From positions 5,547 through 69,546 of the forward strand of contig CAYPKD010000005.1 of NCBI GenBank assembly GCA_964411255.1: a DNA stretch of 64,000 nucleotides. Reading direction: 5' to 3'. This document shows, one piece after another, positions 30,231 to 39,723 of the stretch (its first letter is position 1; each line of letters begins with the position of its first letter). The position numbers and the translations under genes were made by a program. The stretch comes from an uncultured Gammaproteobacteria bacterium. GTDB taxonomy: Bacteria > Patescibacteriota > Patescibacteriia > UBA11705 > DATKZF01. The notes under the pieces are model-generated. The model was not told where the DNA came from. It ran no database searches and saw nothing but the letters and a program-made list of their open reading frames with translations.

Positions 30231-31943
30231 TTATCGGCGTTCACACATGATCCTTGCTTCTTCATAGACTGGTGAATCAGATGGCAATTGCTGTAAGATT
30301 TTTTCAATTTTGCCATCACCATAAGCAGACATTTCAGCTAATTCTCCTAGTGCCCAAATTCTATTATTATTATCTAATTTTTCATTTAATATTAACTGTT
30401 CAAAAGCTTGCTCATCATCAAATTGTCCAATTCTACTGAGAACATCAGTTAATAAATCATTGTCAAATCCACCTAATTCAACATTTTCATTTAGAATTTT
30501 ATCTAATAATATTAAGAATATTTTAACATTTGAGCAATGCTCAATCAATGAAAATTTATACTGATATTCTTCAGTAAGATCTATATCTTCATCATCATCA
30601 TGTAATTGTAGATCTAAGATATCTTTTAATAATTCAAGATCAGTAATATGTTCAGTAACAACCACAGGACGCAAATTACATTCTTCGGTTAAAGCTTTTT
30701 TTAACCATTTAAATAAAATATTTTGGTCTATAAATTGAGCCCTATCCAGCATTTGCTCAAAAAGCCAATCATCATTTTGATCTAATGAATGAGAACAAAG
30801 AGTATCTATATTTTTAGATTTTTTTATTCTTTTTATAGCTAATTGACGCAGATCCTGTTCTTCATCCTGATCTGCAGCAATATCGATAAGCAAATCTTCA
30901 TCTTTTACTTTAGCAATTATAAATCTTTTTGCTTTGATTACATCTTCGTTTTCTTCATCTCCACTTTCATTTTCAAATTTTTTGAAAAATTGATAGCAAT
31001 CAGCAAGTACTTCTGGATCTCTGATTTCTATTAAAGCACGATGTCTTACTTTTACGTGCAATTTCATTTTTGATACTAATTCAAATAATTCTTCATCATT
31101 CAAATCTAATCGAGTTATAGCTTCTATTTTGTGTACAATGTTAATACCCTGAGTAAAAATCATTCTTTTGACTAAATCTGGATCTTTAATCCGATACATA
31201 ACATCTCTGAATAAATATCCACTTTCTGCCCCAAAGTGTTCGAGGATTGTGAAAAGCAGTTCTTCATCTTGAATTTTGTTCATTGCTACGTTAACATACC
31301 CAGATTTAGTAAATGGAGGTTTTTGCTCTGTCACAAATCGAATAAGAAATAGTTCATCATTGATTTTTTCTATTGCTCTTTTTGTAATATCCTCATCAGT
31401 TGAGTTTTGTGCAATTTCTTTTAGAATATTTTCGTATTCATCATCAATAAAGTCCATTGCCTCACAATTTGCCTGTTCAATTGCCAAATATTTAAATAAA
31501 CCTTGAATTCCATGATAATCCAACATTGCAGTAATTTTTCTATCCCAGGGAATGAAAACAAAAGTTAATTTTCTGTCTTGCAATACTTGTAATTTTAATC
31601 CGCGAGAGGTTTCTCCTAATACCAGACCAATAGTGTAATCATCTTTTTCTGCTGTATCCTGAAAGGACACTATTGTATCAGGTGGAAATAAATAATCATC
31701 AAATCCCAGATCTTCCAGAGTTCTGCTACACATACTTTGAAAAAGTTTAATTGCCACCTTTTTTTGTCTGGGAGTCATTTGTTGATCTGCTTGCAGATCA
31801 ACTCTAACCTGAAGTCCAACATCTGTGTTTGAGATATCGCTTGGTCTATAGCGTTTAATAATTTTTCTGCCAGATTTAGCGACTACTACGGTTCGCCAGA
31901 TTGTATTATCTGAATCTGATGTCCAGAACTGTCGTTCGCTCAT
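30231..31943 (-). CDS. hypothetical acidic 570-aa protein with HEAT/ARM-like repeats
   Basis: long ORF; recurring (I/V)xDP(D/E)L(V/L) repeat pattern; no recognised catalytic motif. Confidence 0.7.
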   Translation of the reverse strand: MSERQFWTSDSDNTIWRTVVVAKSGRKIIKRYRPSDISNTDVGLQVRVDLQADQQMTPRQKKVAIKLFQSMCSRTLEDLGFDDYLFPPDTIVSFQDTAEKDDYTIGLVLGETSRGLKLQVLQDRKLTFVFIPWDRKITAMLDYHGIQGLFKYLAIEQANCEAMDFIDDEYENILKEIAQNSTDEDITKRAIEKINDELFLIRFVTEQKPPFTKSGYVNVAMNKIQDEELLFTILEHFGAESGYLFRDVMYRIKDPDLVKRMIFTQGINIVHKIEAITRLDLNDEELFELVSKMKLHVKVRHRALIEIRDPEVLADCYQFFKKFENESGDEENEDVIKAKRFIIAKVKDEDLLIDIAADQDEEQDLRQLAIKRIKKSKNIDTLCSHSLDQNDDWLFEQMLDRAQFIDQNILFKWLKKALTEECNLRPVVVTEHITDLELLKDILDLQLHDDDEDIDLTEEYQYKFSLIEHCSNVKIFLILLDKILNENVELGGFDNDLLTDVLSRIGQFDDEQAFEQLILNEKLDNNNRIWALGELAEMSAYGDGKIEKILQQLPSDSPVYEEARIMCERR

Positions 31944-32387
31944 TAGCTTCTCCTTATGGCAGGTTTGTTATTAAGCAAGCGTCCTTGCAAAGCAGGGCTG
32001 TCCAGCAGAGATGACTGGATAGCAAAATACAGGTCCCAAAAGGGAAAATTGTAAATGTGCAGGCCTTCTTGACGTCTCAAGAAAAGGCAAAAATAAATGA
32101 AAAATCACTTGCTTTTGCCTTTTCTTGTTTGAGTAAAGTTAACATTTAATATTGCTAGTGTCAAGCATGTATATAAATAAAATAGCCTTTTAAAAAACAG
32201 GCCCGTTAGGCCTGATTTAATCTTTTTCAATTTCGGCTTGTGCCGACCTACTTTTTGCTGCCAAAAAGTAGGCAAAAAGCACTGGGGGGCTTCAAATGCG
32301 AAGCAACGATTAAGTTTGAGGATCGCCCCAAGGGCAATCAGCCCCCCAGACCCCCGATTCTATTGACGAATTATTTTTTACAAAAGA

Positions 32388-32408
32388 CCACCAGTTTCCT
32401 GGTGGCTT
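32388..32408 (-). terminator. bidirectional terminator hairpin
   Basis: aaaagaccaccagtttcctggtggctttt. Confidence 0.55.
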
Positions 32409-32744
32409 TTATTCTAATTCCTTTCTCAATTTTTTTATTTCTGCTTCAGTATCTTTTGATTTATCTTGTTTTTTTACATCTATTATTCTTTGAGTTAACA
32501 TTTGTTGTGATTTTGCCAGAGCTGCTTGACGATTTGTTTTTATTTGTTCATGCATTTTTTTAGCTTCTGCTACTTGTTTTTGAGCCAGTTCTTCAAGTTC
32601 TTGAGGAGTTTTTGTTTGCATTTCAATAATTAAGTTTAATTCATCTTCAGTCAGATCTTTAGCCATTGAAAGCAACTTGTCTTTTTTTGCTTTTGGCAAA
32701 TTTGATTTTTTTATTTGAGTAATTATTTTCTTTTTTTTATCCAT
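32409..32744 (-). CDS. Lys/Glu-rich coiled-coil hypothetical protein
   Basis: ORF adjacent to the upstream gene (two-gene operon). Confidence 0.6.
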   Translation of the reverse strand: MDKKKKIITQIKKSNLPKAKKDKLLSMAKDLTEDELNLIIEMQTKTPQELEELAQKQVAEAKKMHEQIKTNRQAALAKSQQMLTQRIIDVKKQDKSKDTEAEIKKLRKELE

Positions 32745-32745
32745 A

Positions 32746-33111
32746 TTAAATTGCTTGGGCTATTCTCATAAGCTGACCAGTAATATAAATTGCTTTTGAC
32801 AATCTTTTATGCTCTCGAACCCAGTTGTTAAATTTAGCTCTGTTGGCATTGGCTTCATCTCTTATGTTCTCTTCGGCTAACTGGGATATTTCCAAAACGC
32901 GCTCATCGTCTTCATCTACACCCAGATCTTCAGCCAGTTGAGCAGGATCTCCTTCCCATATGTTACTCTCTTCAAATTTTTTTAATTCTTCTTCTGATAA
33001 TTCTTCAAGCTCGCCGCTTTCCAGCATTTCAAAAAAATTCTGCTCTTCTTCAGGAGTAGATATTTGTTCTGGAGCTTCAAGCTCAGGTTGTAATTGTTCT
33101 ATATCAACCAT
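32746..33111 (-). CDS. acidic hypothetical protein
   Basis: ORF preceded by a 22-24 bp palindrome. Confidence 0.6.
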   Translation of the reverse strand: MVDIEQLQPELEAPEQISTPEEEQNFFEMLESGELEELSEEELKKFEESNIWEGDPAQLAEDLGVDEDDERVLEISQLAEENIRDEANANRAKFNNWVREHKRLSKAIYITGQLMRIAQAI

Positions 33112-33353
33112 ACGATATTAGTATAACATATTACATTTTACAAACAAAAAACAGCCTGCCAAAGAGACTGTTTTTTGATATTATCATTGGGATTACTGAT
33201 TTGATATTACTCTAACATCACACTGTTGCCAAGAAAAGATAGTTGGAGAGAGGTTTAAAGAACATCTATCTCTTTTGGCAAGCAGTGTGATGCCAAAGTT
33301 TGTTTACAAACTCCAGAGGAATTAGGAGCAGATGAGTGCTCCTAAAGGAAAGA

Positions 33354-34199
33354 TTAGGAAAAGAGAGAATTGGCAGTTTCTGCCAGTTTGACAGGATCTA
33401 CGTTGGAAGGACTGGTAGCCGGAGCCTTTCTGGTACCGCGACTGAAAAGAAATCCTGAAGAATGGGCAAACCATTGATCCAGTTCACCCTGCTGTTCAAC
33501 TATTTCTCGAAGCTGGGGATGATCCATGCGCAAAGTCTGTGATCCCTCGCGGAAAATACCCAGACTATGGCCGTCTACGTAGACAATGGCTTTTACACCA
33601 CGCTCAAACAAAACATATGAGGTGGCGCAGTGTCGCATGTTTCTGAGAATAGCCACATTGTCTCCAGGCAAAATTTCAGCCTCATTAGCTTCAATCTTAG
33701 CCATTTGACGGGATCGGCCAGCTTTCAGCATACCATCAAAGATTTCTGACATGCATTCGATAACAGTATCGTCCCGGCCAGGAAAAATAGACTGGAAAGC
33801 ACGAAGTACTGAATTGATGCCGGTCAGCGAGAAGATTTGCTGCGCTTCATCATTGATTTCAGGCGCCAGGAATTTGACAGCAGAGCCATGAGCATCCTGG
33901 GCATCAATGAATGTAACCAGCGGAGCAAGAGCTTCCTGGTCATTTTTTGAAGCCAGTTTTGAAATGATAGTGGCAAAACAGGAATGTACTGTGCCATCAT
34001 CATCTTTTTTGCCTTTTACTCCTTTGCCGCCAGCTTCAATGTCAACGGCAACAGCTTTATCCTCATTGAGTCCAGTCCCGTCCCAGTTAGCTGGGCGGAA
34101 ACAAACTTCAGCATCCATGTATGCTTCAGCAAAAGTACGGATAGCCCATACAGATGCCACCGCATCAAGGTCCACGTTCATGTGGGTAAAAATTTTCAT
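33354..34199 (-). CDS. GC-rich hypothetical protein with weak DHH-like N-terminal motif
   Basis: GC far above flanks; THMNVDLDAVAS resembles DHH motif I but the canonical DHH motif is absent. Confidence 0.6.
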   Translation of the reverse strand: MKIFTHMNVDLDAVASVWAIRTFAEAYMDAEVCFRPANWDGTGLNEDKAVAVDIEAGGKGVKGKKDDDGTVHSCFATIISKLASKNDQEALAPLVTFIDAQDAHGSAVKFLAPEINDEAQQIFSLTGINSVLRAFQSIFPGRDDTVIECMSEIFDGMLKAGRSRQMAKIEANEAEILPGDNVAILRNMRHCATSYVLFERGVKAIVYVDGHSLGIFREGSQTLRMDHPQLREIVEQQGELDQWFAHSSGFLFSRGTRKAPATSPSNVDPVKLAETANSLFS

Positions 34200-34317
34200 T
34201 TTCGCCTCTCTTTGTTGTGAAAAATTTCCTCTGGAATTTGCAAATTTTTAATTAACACTCTTCGAAATTTATTAAAAGTTAATAAATTTTGGAGAGCGAA
34301 GGAATTTTGTAATTCCT

Positions 34318-34635
34318 TCAGATTTGAGGTAGCGGCCAAAGCTGACGAAGCTGTTTGTCAAAGAATTCGTAAGCTTCAAAATCAGCACCGCAAAGTGTGA
34401 GTTTTGCAATTACTGGTATGAGTTGATTGTGCTCTGCTTTATTGGTGATTACGACATATGAATGGTAAGCAGAGGGATTGAAGTCATTGATTATGACATA
34501 GTCCAGTTTATCTGGCGGGGTCATCCAGTGTGAATCAATGGTAATAACCTGATCAAACTGAAAGCCTTCTTGTCTGGCTAGATCAATGATTTCAGTTGTG
34601 ATTGAACCGAACCAGAACTGGATCAGTATTTTCAC
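34318..34635 (-). CDS. hypothetical 106-aa protein (GTG start after RBS aaaggag)
   Basis: ORF 34318..34698; AAAGGAG 7 nt upstream of GTG at 34635. Confidence 0.5.
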   Translation of the reverse strand: MKILIQFWFGSITTEIIDLARQEGFQFDQVITIDSHWMTPPDKLDYVIINDFNPSAYHSYVVITNKAEHNQLIPVIAKLTLCGADFEAYEFFDKQLRQLWPLPQI

Positions 34636-35126
34636 TGAAAGCTCCTTTTTAAAAAAATTTGAAAAAAAACACTCGAATCTAACAAGAGATCCAAGCATTT
34701 TTTCGTACGAAAGTCCGCTTAAGACTCTCTTTCAAAATTTCCAAATAAGTTTTAGAAACTTTGAGAGATCGGAGAGTGCAGTGCTCACTCTCCGATGTCC
34801 GTTGCTTTAACCCGTAGGAGGCAGCTTTAGGTGCCTATGCGTTTTAAGGATGCAAGCGTTAAAGATCTCGGCTTGTTCATCCTGTTACCCATCCCCACTA
34901 GAGGATGTATTGGGTGGTTAGCAGAATTTTATACAGGCGCCTCTGCCAGGGCGCAGATGTAAACACATTGATGACAGATTATTATCTCTTGCCACCAAAT
35001 TAATGTTGTGAAGAGCCTTGTTGCTCTTCTCTGAATTCTGAAAATAAATTTCAGAACTCGGAGAAGCTGAGGATGGTTTGACGCATCCTCAGATATTTCC
35101 TTTCTTAAAATTTGGAGGTGAATAAC

Positions 35127-35567
35127 CTAGGCCTCTTTGTTTTGGCTCTGAGCTTCAGCTTCTGCCTGGGCCTTGGCCTGCTTGAGTGCAGCCTTGGCTT
35201 TGGCTTCAGCTTCGGCCTGCTTGCGCTTTTCAGCGTCAAGTTTGGCCAGACCACCGAGGCCTGTGTTGGGCGCACCACCAGCGCGGCTGGAGCCCTGCCG
35301 TCGGCGCTTGATTTCCAAGCGCTTGAAGCGGGGATCACCATGCTGATGCTTTGCCTGGCGGCGGCGCTGGTTGCGGCGCTGGCGGCGCAGATTACGCTTG
35401 GCGCGAAGTTCATCACGCTCAACCTTGACCTGCGCACGTCGCTCAGCATTCTCAGCTTTGCGAACCAGCTCCTGCCATTTCTTCAGGCCACCATGACGGC
35501 CGCAGAAACCGCGGCCAGCCAGGACATCAGCCGTACACCCGTCATGCTTACACTTTTCCACCTTCAT
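35127..35567 (-). CDS. GC-rich (>60%) basic zinc-ribbon protein
   Basis: RBS agggagg; KCKHDGCTADVLAGRGFCGRHGG resembles the CxHxGC..GxC..HG ribbon of phage HNH-associated proteins; Arg/Lys/Ala-rich tail. Confidence 0.65.
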   Translation of the reverse strand: MKVEKCKHDGCTADVLAGRGFCGRHGGLKKWQELVRKAENAERRAQVKVERDELRAKRNLRRQRRNQRRRQAKHQHGDPRFKRLEIKRRRQGSSRAGGAPNTGLGGLAKLDAEKRKQAEAEAKAKAALKQAKAQAEAEAQSQNKEA

Positions 35568-36110
35568 GTGGGCCTCCCTATATAAAAAGATTAATAGACA
35601 TTTTTGTCAAAATTGCTGAAAGGACGATGTAGGTGAGATGCCAAAGAGATTTGAAGGGACTTAAATAGATTTATTTCCCTTATCTCAATATGGGCAAAAT
35701 ATGCTCAGCCAATCTAATCGCAAGCGAATAGATCAGCATGAACTTCTCTCTCCTCTACATCGTTCTGTTCAGAAATTAGACATATAAAAACAGACTGAGA
35801 GAACCATGTCTGTTTAAAATACAGCTTTATAATCTAGCTGACTCTCTCTCCATGAAATTTGTTAGATTTCAATTTTCGATTTTGATTTAGTATTATAGCA
35901 TATTTTTTTAAAAAAGTCAAGACGAGAGCATAATTTAAGTCGTTTTTTGTCTAAATTTACGGAAATTACAAATTTGCTAAACTGGTAAATTAATTAAAAT
36001 TTTAGTAAAAATATTACGAATAATTACGAATTAGCAAGGCTGTTATTGAAAAGCATATATTTAATTGGTAATATGATAGAGCCTGTTTTCATGCGGAAAA
36101 GGAGAAAACC

Positions 36111-36545
36111 ATGCAATCATCACCAGAGCTTGGTGTATATGTGGTATTAAAAGACGGTGTAGAAATTGCACGACATCAAAGTGTGGAAAGATTACATGAA
36201 CAATTTCCAGATTGGAATGATGATGAATCAATTAGCATTGTTTATAAGCCATCTGAGGCAGAAAAAGAAATATTACGTGAACTTAAATTATTTCGATCTG
36301 GTGGGAATGTATTAGCAGAGCATGTAGATCCTTTTATTTTACATAGACAATTATTGGAAAAGCATGGAGATAAATGGATAAAAGAATATGAAGGACAATG
36401 GCTGGCAGTTGATGTTGAAAGTGAGCTGGTTATTGATCATGATTGGATGTTGGCTGATTTAGCTGATCGAATTCATGCAAGCAATAAAGATAATAGTAGA
36501 CTAGTCTTATTGTTAGGGATTTCAGATAATGATTTTATAATTTAA
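36111..36545 (+). CDS. hypothetical 144-aa protein
   Basis: TTGAAA-17-TAATAT promoter; RBS ggaaaaggag. Confidence 0.6.
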   Translation: MQSSPELGVYVVLKDGVEIARHQSVERLHEQFPDWNDDESISIVYKPSEAEKEILRELKLFRSGGNVLAEHVDPFILHRQLLEKHGDKWIKEYEGQWLAVDVESELVIDHDWMLADLADRIHASNKDNSRLVLLLGISDNDFII

Positions 36546-36585
36546 AAAGCACTAATATTCAAAATATAGTGCTTTTTTATTTATT
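36546..36585. terminator. bidirectional terminator
   Basis: aaagcactaatattcaaaatatagtgcttt flanked by T/A runs. Confidence 0.55.
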
Positions 36586-36595
36586 TTCAATTTAA

Positions 36596-38023
36596 TTAAA
36601 TAGCATTTTTACCTTTAATCACTGCCCATGGAGTTTTTAATAATATCCAAAAATCAAGTTTTAGCGACCAGTTTTCAATATAGAAAATATCCATTTTTGC
36701 TTCTTCATCAAATGGCAAATCGCTTCGACCACTGATTTGAGCAATACCAGTTATTCCAGGTTTTATATCTAAGGTTCGTAATTGCTCTGGCGTATATCTT
36801 TCAACTTCTCTTGGCTGGTGAGGCCGAGGGCCAACTATGCTCATATTTCCGATAAAGACATTGAAAAATTGAGGCAGCTCATCAATGCTGATTTTTCGGA
36901 TAAATCTGCCAACAGCAGTTACGCGGGGATCTTTTTTTATTTTATATAAAGCACCTCTGGACGCCCCTTGTTCTTTTATTAATTTTTTTTCAAGTTCCAA
37001 TGCTTGTTTACTTGATGGTGCATCTGGCCCTGTACTCATATCCCAATACATTGATCTGAATTTGTATACATTGAATTTTTTTCCATTTTGGCCAACTCTT
37101 TCATTCTTATATATAATTGGCCCTTTTGAATTAATTTTTATGGCAATAGCTGTAAATAGCATTATTGGTGAAGATAAGATTATAAAAATAATTGAACTAA
37201 ATAAATCAGAAAATCTTTTAATAATTTTTTTCCAGCCGTCCAGTGGTGTCTTTTTTATTTCAATTACTGGCAGACCAGCAATCATGTGCGTTTCAATGTT
37301 GGTAGCCCTGGCTTCAAAAGGACCGGCAACATATTTAAAAATAATATGATTATATTTGGCAAAATTGATCAATGAAATTGTATCTTTTCTTGAGATATTT
37401 GGATCAGTTTGAATGATTTCATCAATAAATGTTTTTTTATGAAGAGCTTGAATTTTCATTAATGTGTCTTGATTAAACTGTTCAAAATGTTTGAGAATTT
37501 TTAATCCTAATGAAGGTTGTTTTAAGATTGCATTTTTTACAGCATTAGTATTTGAATTTTTTCCAATAATTATAATTTTATGAGTTCCCCAGCCAGTTTT
37601 ATATAAACTATTTTGAACGATTCTAATTATCATTCTGCCAACAATTATGAAAAGGATGCTGAAAAGCCAGGCAAACAAAATAATAAATCTTGATTCAAAA
37701 AGTTCTCTGACAAAGAACATATATAGAATAATTGCAGTCATGCCAGTAGAGCAGGCTAATATAATCCTGGCCATTTCATCAGTGACTTTTGTTTTTTTAA
37801 ATTTATAAAGAGATGACCAAAAAAAGAAAATCAGCCATATTGCAGCCATTACAATTAGTACACCTAAATATTTATTAAATTCCAGATCAAATACAACCGG
37901 CCTTATTTCAGTAACTGATTCAATAAAACGCAGAGAATAAGCGGTAATACCAGCCAATATTAAAAGAAAGTAGTCAGTGACCAGTTTTATAAGTACAAAT
38001 ATTAATTCTGATTTTTTTATCAT
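36596..38023 (-). CDS. bacterial sugar transferase (WbaP/polyprenyl-phosphate hexose-1-phosphate transferase family)
   Basis: multi-TM N-terminus; C-terminal PGITGIAQISGRSDLPFDE..ENWSLKLD motif. Confidence 0.85.
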   Translation of the reverse strand: MIKKSELIFVLIKLVTDYFLLILAGITAYSLRFIESVTEIRPVVFDLEFNKYLGVLIVMAAIWLIFFFWSSLYKFKKTKVTDEMARIILACSTGMTAIILYMFFVRELFESRFIILFAWLFSILFIIVGRMIIRIVQNSLYKTGWGTHKIIIIGKNSNTNAVKNAILKQPSLGLKILKHFEQFNQDTLMKIQALHKKTFIDEIIQTDPNISRKDTISLINFAKYNHIIFKYVAGPFEARATNIETHMIAGLPVIEIKKTPLDGWKKIIKRFSDLFSSIIFIILSSPIMLFTAIAIKINSKGPIIYKNERVGQNGKKFNVYKFRSMYWDMSTGPDAPSSKQALELEKKLIKEQGASRGALYKIKKDPRVTAVGRFIRKISIDELPQFFNVFIGNMSIVGPRPHQPREVERYTPEQLRTLDIKPGITGIAQISGRSDLPFDEEAKMDIFYIENWSLKLDFWILLKTPWAVIKGKNAI

Positions 38024-38033
38024 AAATTTGTTA

Positions 38034-38066
38034 GGCTGGTAGATCGGTAGGTTAGTAGGTTGGTAG
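38034..38066 (+). repeat. array of 4 tandem NNNGGTAG octamers
   Basis: gctggtag atcggtag gttagtag gttggtag between the sugar transferase start and the rnpB 3' end. Confidence 0.5.
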
Positions 38067-38151
38067 ATTTAAAAAAAATTGGAAGAAGGACGCTACTAAT
38101 ATTATTGCAATTTTTTGTAAAAATTTCAATAATAACATCCACCTTCCAATT

Positions 38152-38762
38152 GATCCAAACAGGTCTATAAGCCGAATTCTGTCCCACCAGAGGCGGGGAT
38201 GATCATCTATCTAGTCCCGAGATTACTCTCGGGATCAAGCGAGCTACCAAACTTGCTCTTGCACCAGATAAGGTTTACCACCACCTAATGTTACCATTAG
38301 GCAAGAGAAGTATAAATTAAATAGTCACGTGAACCATTTAACTTTTTTCCTTCTCACTTTTCACCTTTCACCACTGCTACGCAGTGGAATTTCTAAATCC
38401 TAATTTTTTAAACTCTGAACAATTTTCAAATTTTCGAAAGGTTTTAAACATTAGAACATTTGAATTTCGAATTTGTTTAGAATTTCGTATTTCGAATTTA
38501 GCGCTTCCATTGCGCAACAATGGCTAGTATAGTCTCTGTGGCACTGGCTGTCGTCTAGGTTTATTAATTATCCTAGAATCGCCTGGGAGTTACCCAGTAT
38601 CATACCGCAGATTACGCTGATTAGCCGATTACGCAGATTGCAGGACTTTTTTTTATCAGCGTAATCAGCGTAATCTACGGTCAGGTGTTCGGACTTTCCT
38701 CCGGCCTACGCTTTTCACTTTGTTCAAAGCTTCGGCTGGCGATCATCCAACCTATTTGGATC
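38152..38762 (-). ncRNA. rnpB: RNase P RNA (bacterial type A) with large AT-rich insertions, ~610 nt
   Basis: minus-strand reads GGAGGAAAGUCCGAACACC (P4 5' strand), ACAGAAUUCGGCUUAUAG (P4 3' strand, compensatory GUCCGAA/UUCGGCU), CCAGUGCCACAGAGA, GGUGAAAGGUGAAAAGUGAGAAGG; 12-bp P1 GAUCCAAAUAGG/CCUGUUUGGAUC. Confidence 0.85.
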
Positions 38763-38886
38763 ATAACAATTATATCAAAAATATTGTAAATTGTCAATAG
38801 GTATGCACTTGACAGATTTTCAAAAATAAGCTAAATTAGATTATCCAATGCTCGCACTCAATTGGCTAAAATAAGGAGGAAACGCA

Positions 38887-39660
38887 ATGAGACGAGTAAG
38901 GCAATTGACATATTTTGTTGTAATTTCGTTTATTCTCATGTATGTCAATGGATGTTCTTTATATTCTGAAAATGATCGTTCTTTTTTAGATGATCAGAAT
39001 AGACAGTCTGCTCGAAGAACAGTTCGTTCAGATGATTCTATAGATCAAAATCCTAATCAGCTAAAGCGGGAAAAGATTATTCAAGTAGCTCAGGCAAAAC
39101 TTTCTTTGGAAGAATTTGCTCAGGCTGAACCTTTGAAAAGATATTGTGATATTACTGGCACCAGCTTTGAAGTAGAAAAGATGCCAGTTACTATTTCTCA
39201 TGCTGGAAGAGAAGTATATGTGGAAACTGAATTAAAGGATTCAACTCTTTTTAAAGAAAATGCAACAAAAGTGCTGGGCTGGTGGAAGCGAAATTACCGG
39301 GTAAGAAAAGTAGAAGATAAGGGTCTGCGCTTGGTCACCATGCTGAAAATTCCAAGAGCAGCCAAATATGATGATGTTGCCAAGGCAATATTTGAATTCT
39401 ATCAAAAGAATTTTCAAAATATTGTTATTTCAGTTATTTGTCGGGAAATGAATAACTGGGCAGTTGATGAATATCCAAATGATTTTTCTGTGGTGATTGA
39501 AAAAAAACAGGAAAATCAGACCCAAAAAGAAGACAAGGCTGCTGCGAAAAAGGCAGCAAGGGCTGCTGCGAGAAGGGCGGCAAGGGCTGCTGCGAGAAAG
39601 GCAGCAAAGGCTGATGCAAAAGAACCAGCCAAACCTCCTGCAAAAAAAGCAGATGAATAA
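38887..39660 (+). CDS. lipoprotein with Ala/Lys-rich (histone H1-like) C-terminal repeat tail
   Basis: RBS aaggagg; lipobox VNGC; tail (AAKKAARAAARRAARAAARKAAKA). Confidence 0.7.
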   Translation: MRRVRQLTYFVVISFILMYVNGCSLYSENDRSFLDDQNRQSARRTVRSDDSIDQNPNQLKREKIIQVAQAKLSLEEFAQAEPLKRYCDITGTSFEVEKMPVTISHAGREVYVETELKDSTLFKENATKVLGWWKRNYRVRKVEDKGLRLVTMLKIPRAAKYDDVAKAIFEFYQKNFQNIVISVICREMNNWAVDEYPNDFSVVIEKKQENQTQKEDKAAAKKAARAAARRAARAAARKAAKADAKEPAKPPAKKADE

Positions 39661-39723
39661 TACTATATAAAGCTCTCAAAGAGGGCTTTTTTTTAATTAA
39701 AAACTGCTTTGTGTAAAAAGCAG

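Noticed and set aside
32240-32563. 107-aa + strand ORF
   Set aside because: It overlaps the terminator region and the minus-strand 111-aa gene. It has a hydrophobic low-complexity translation and no RBS.
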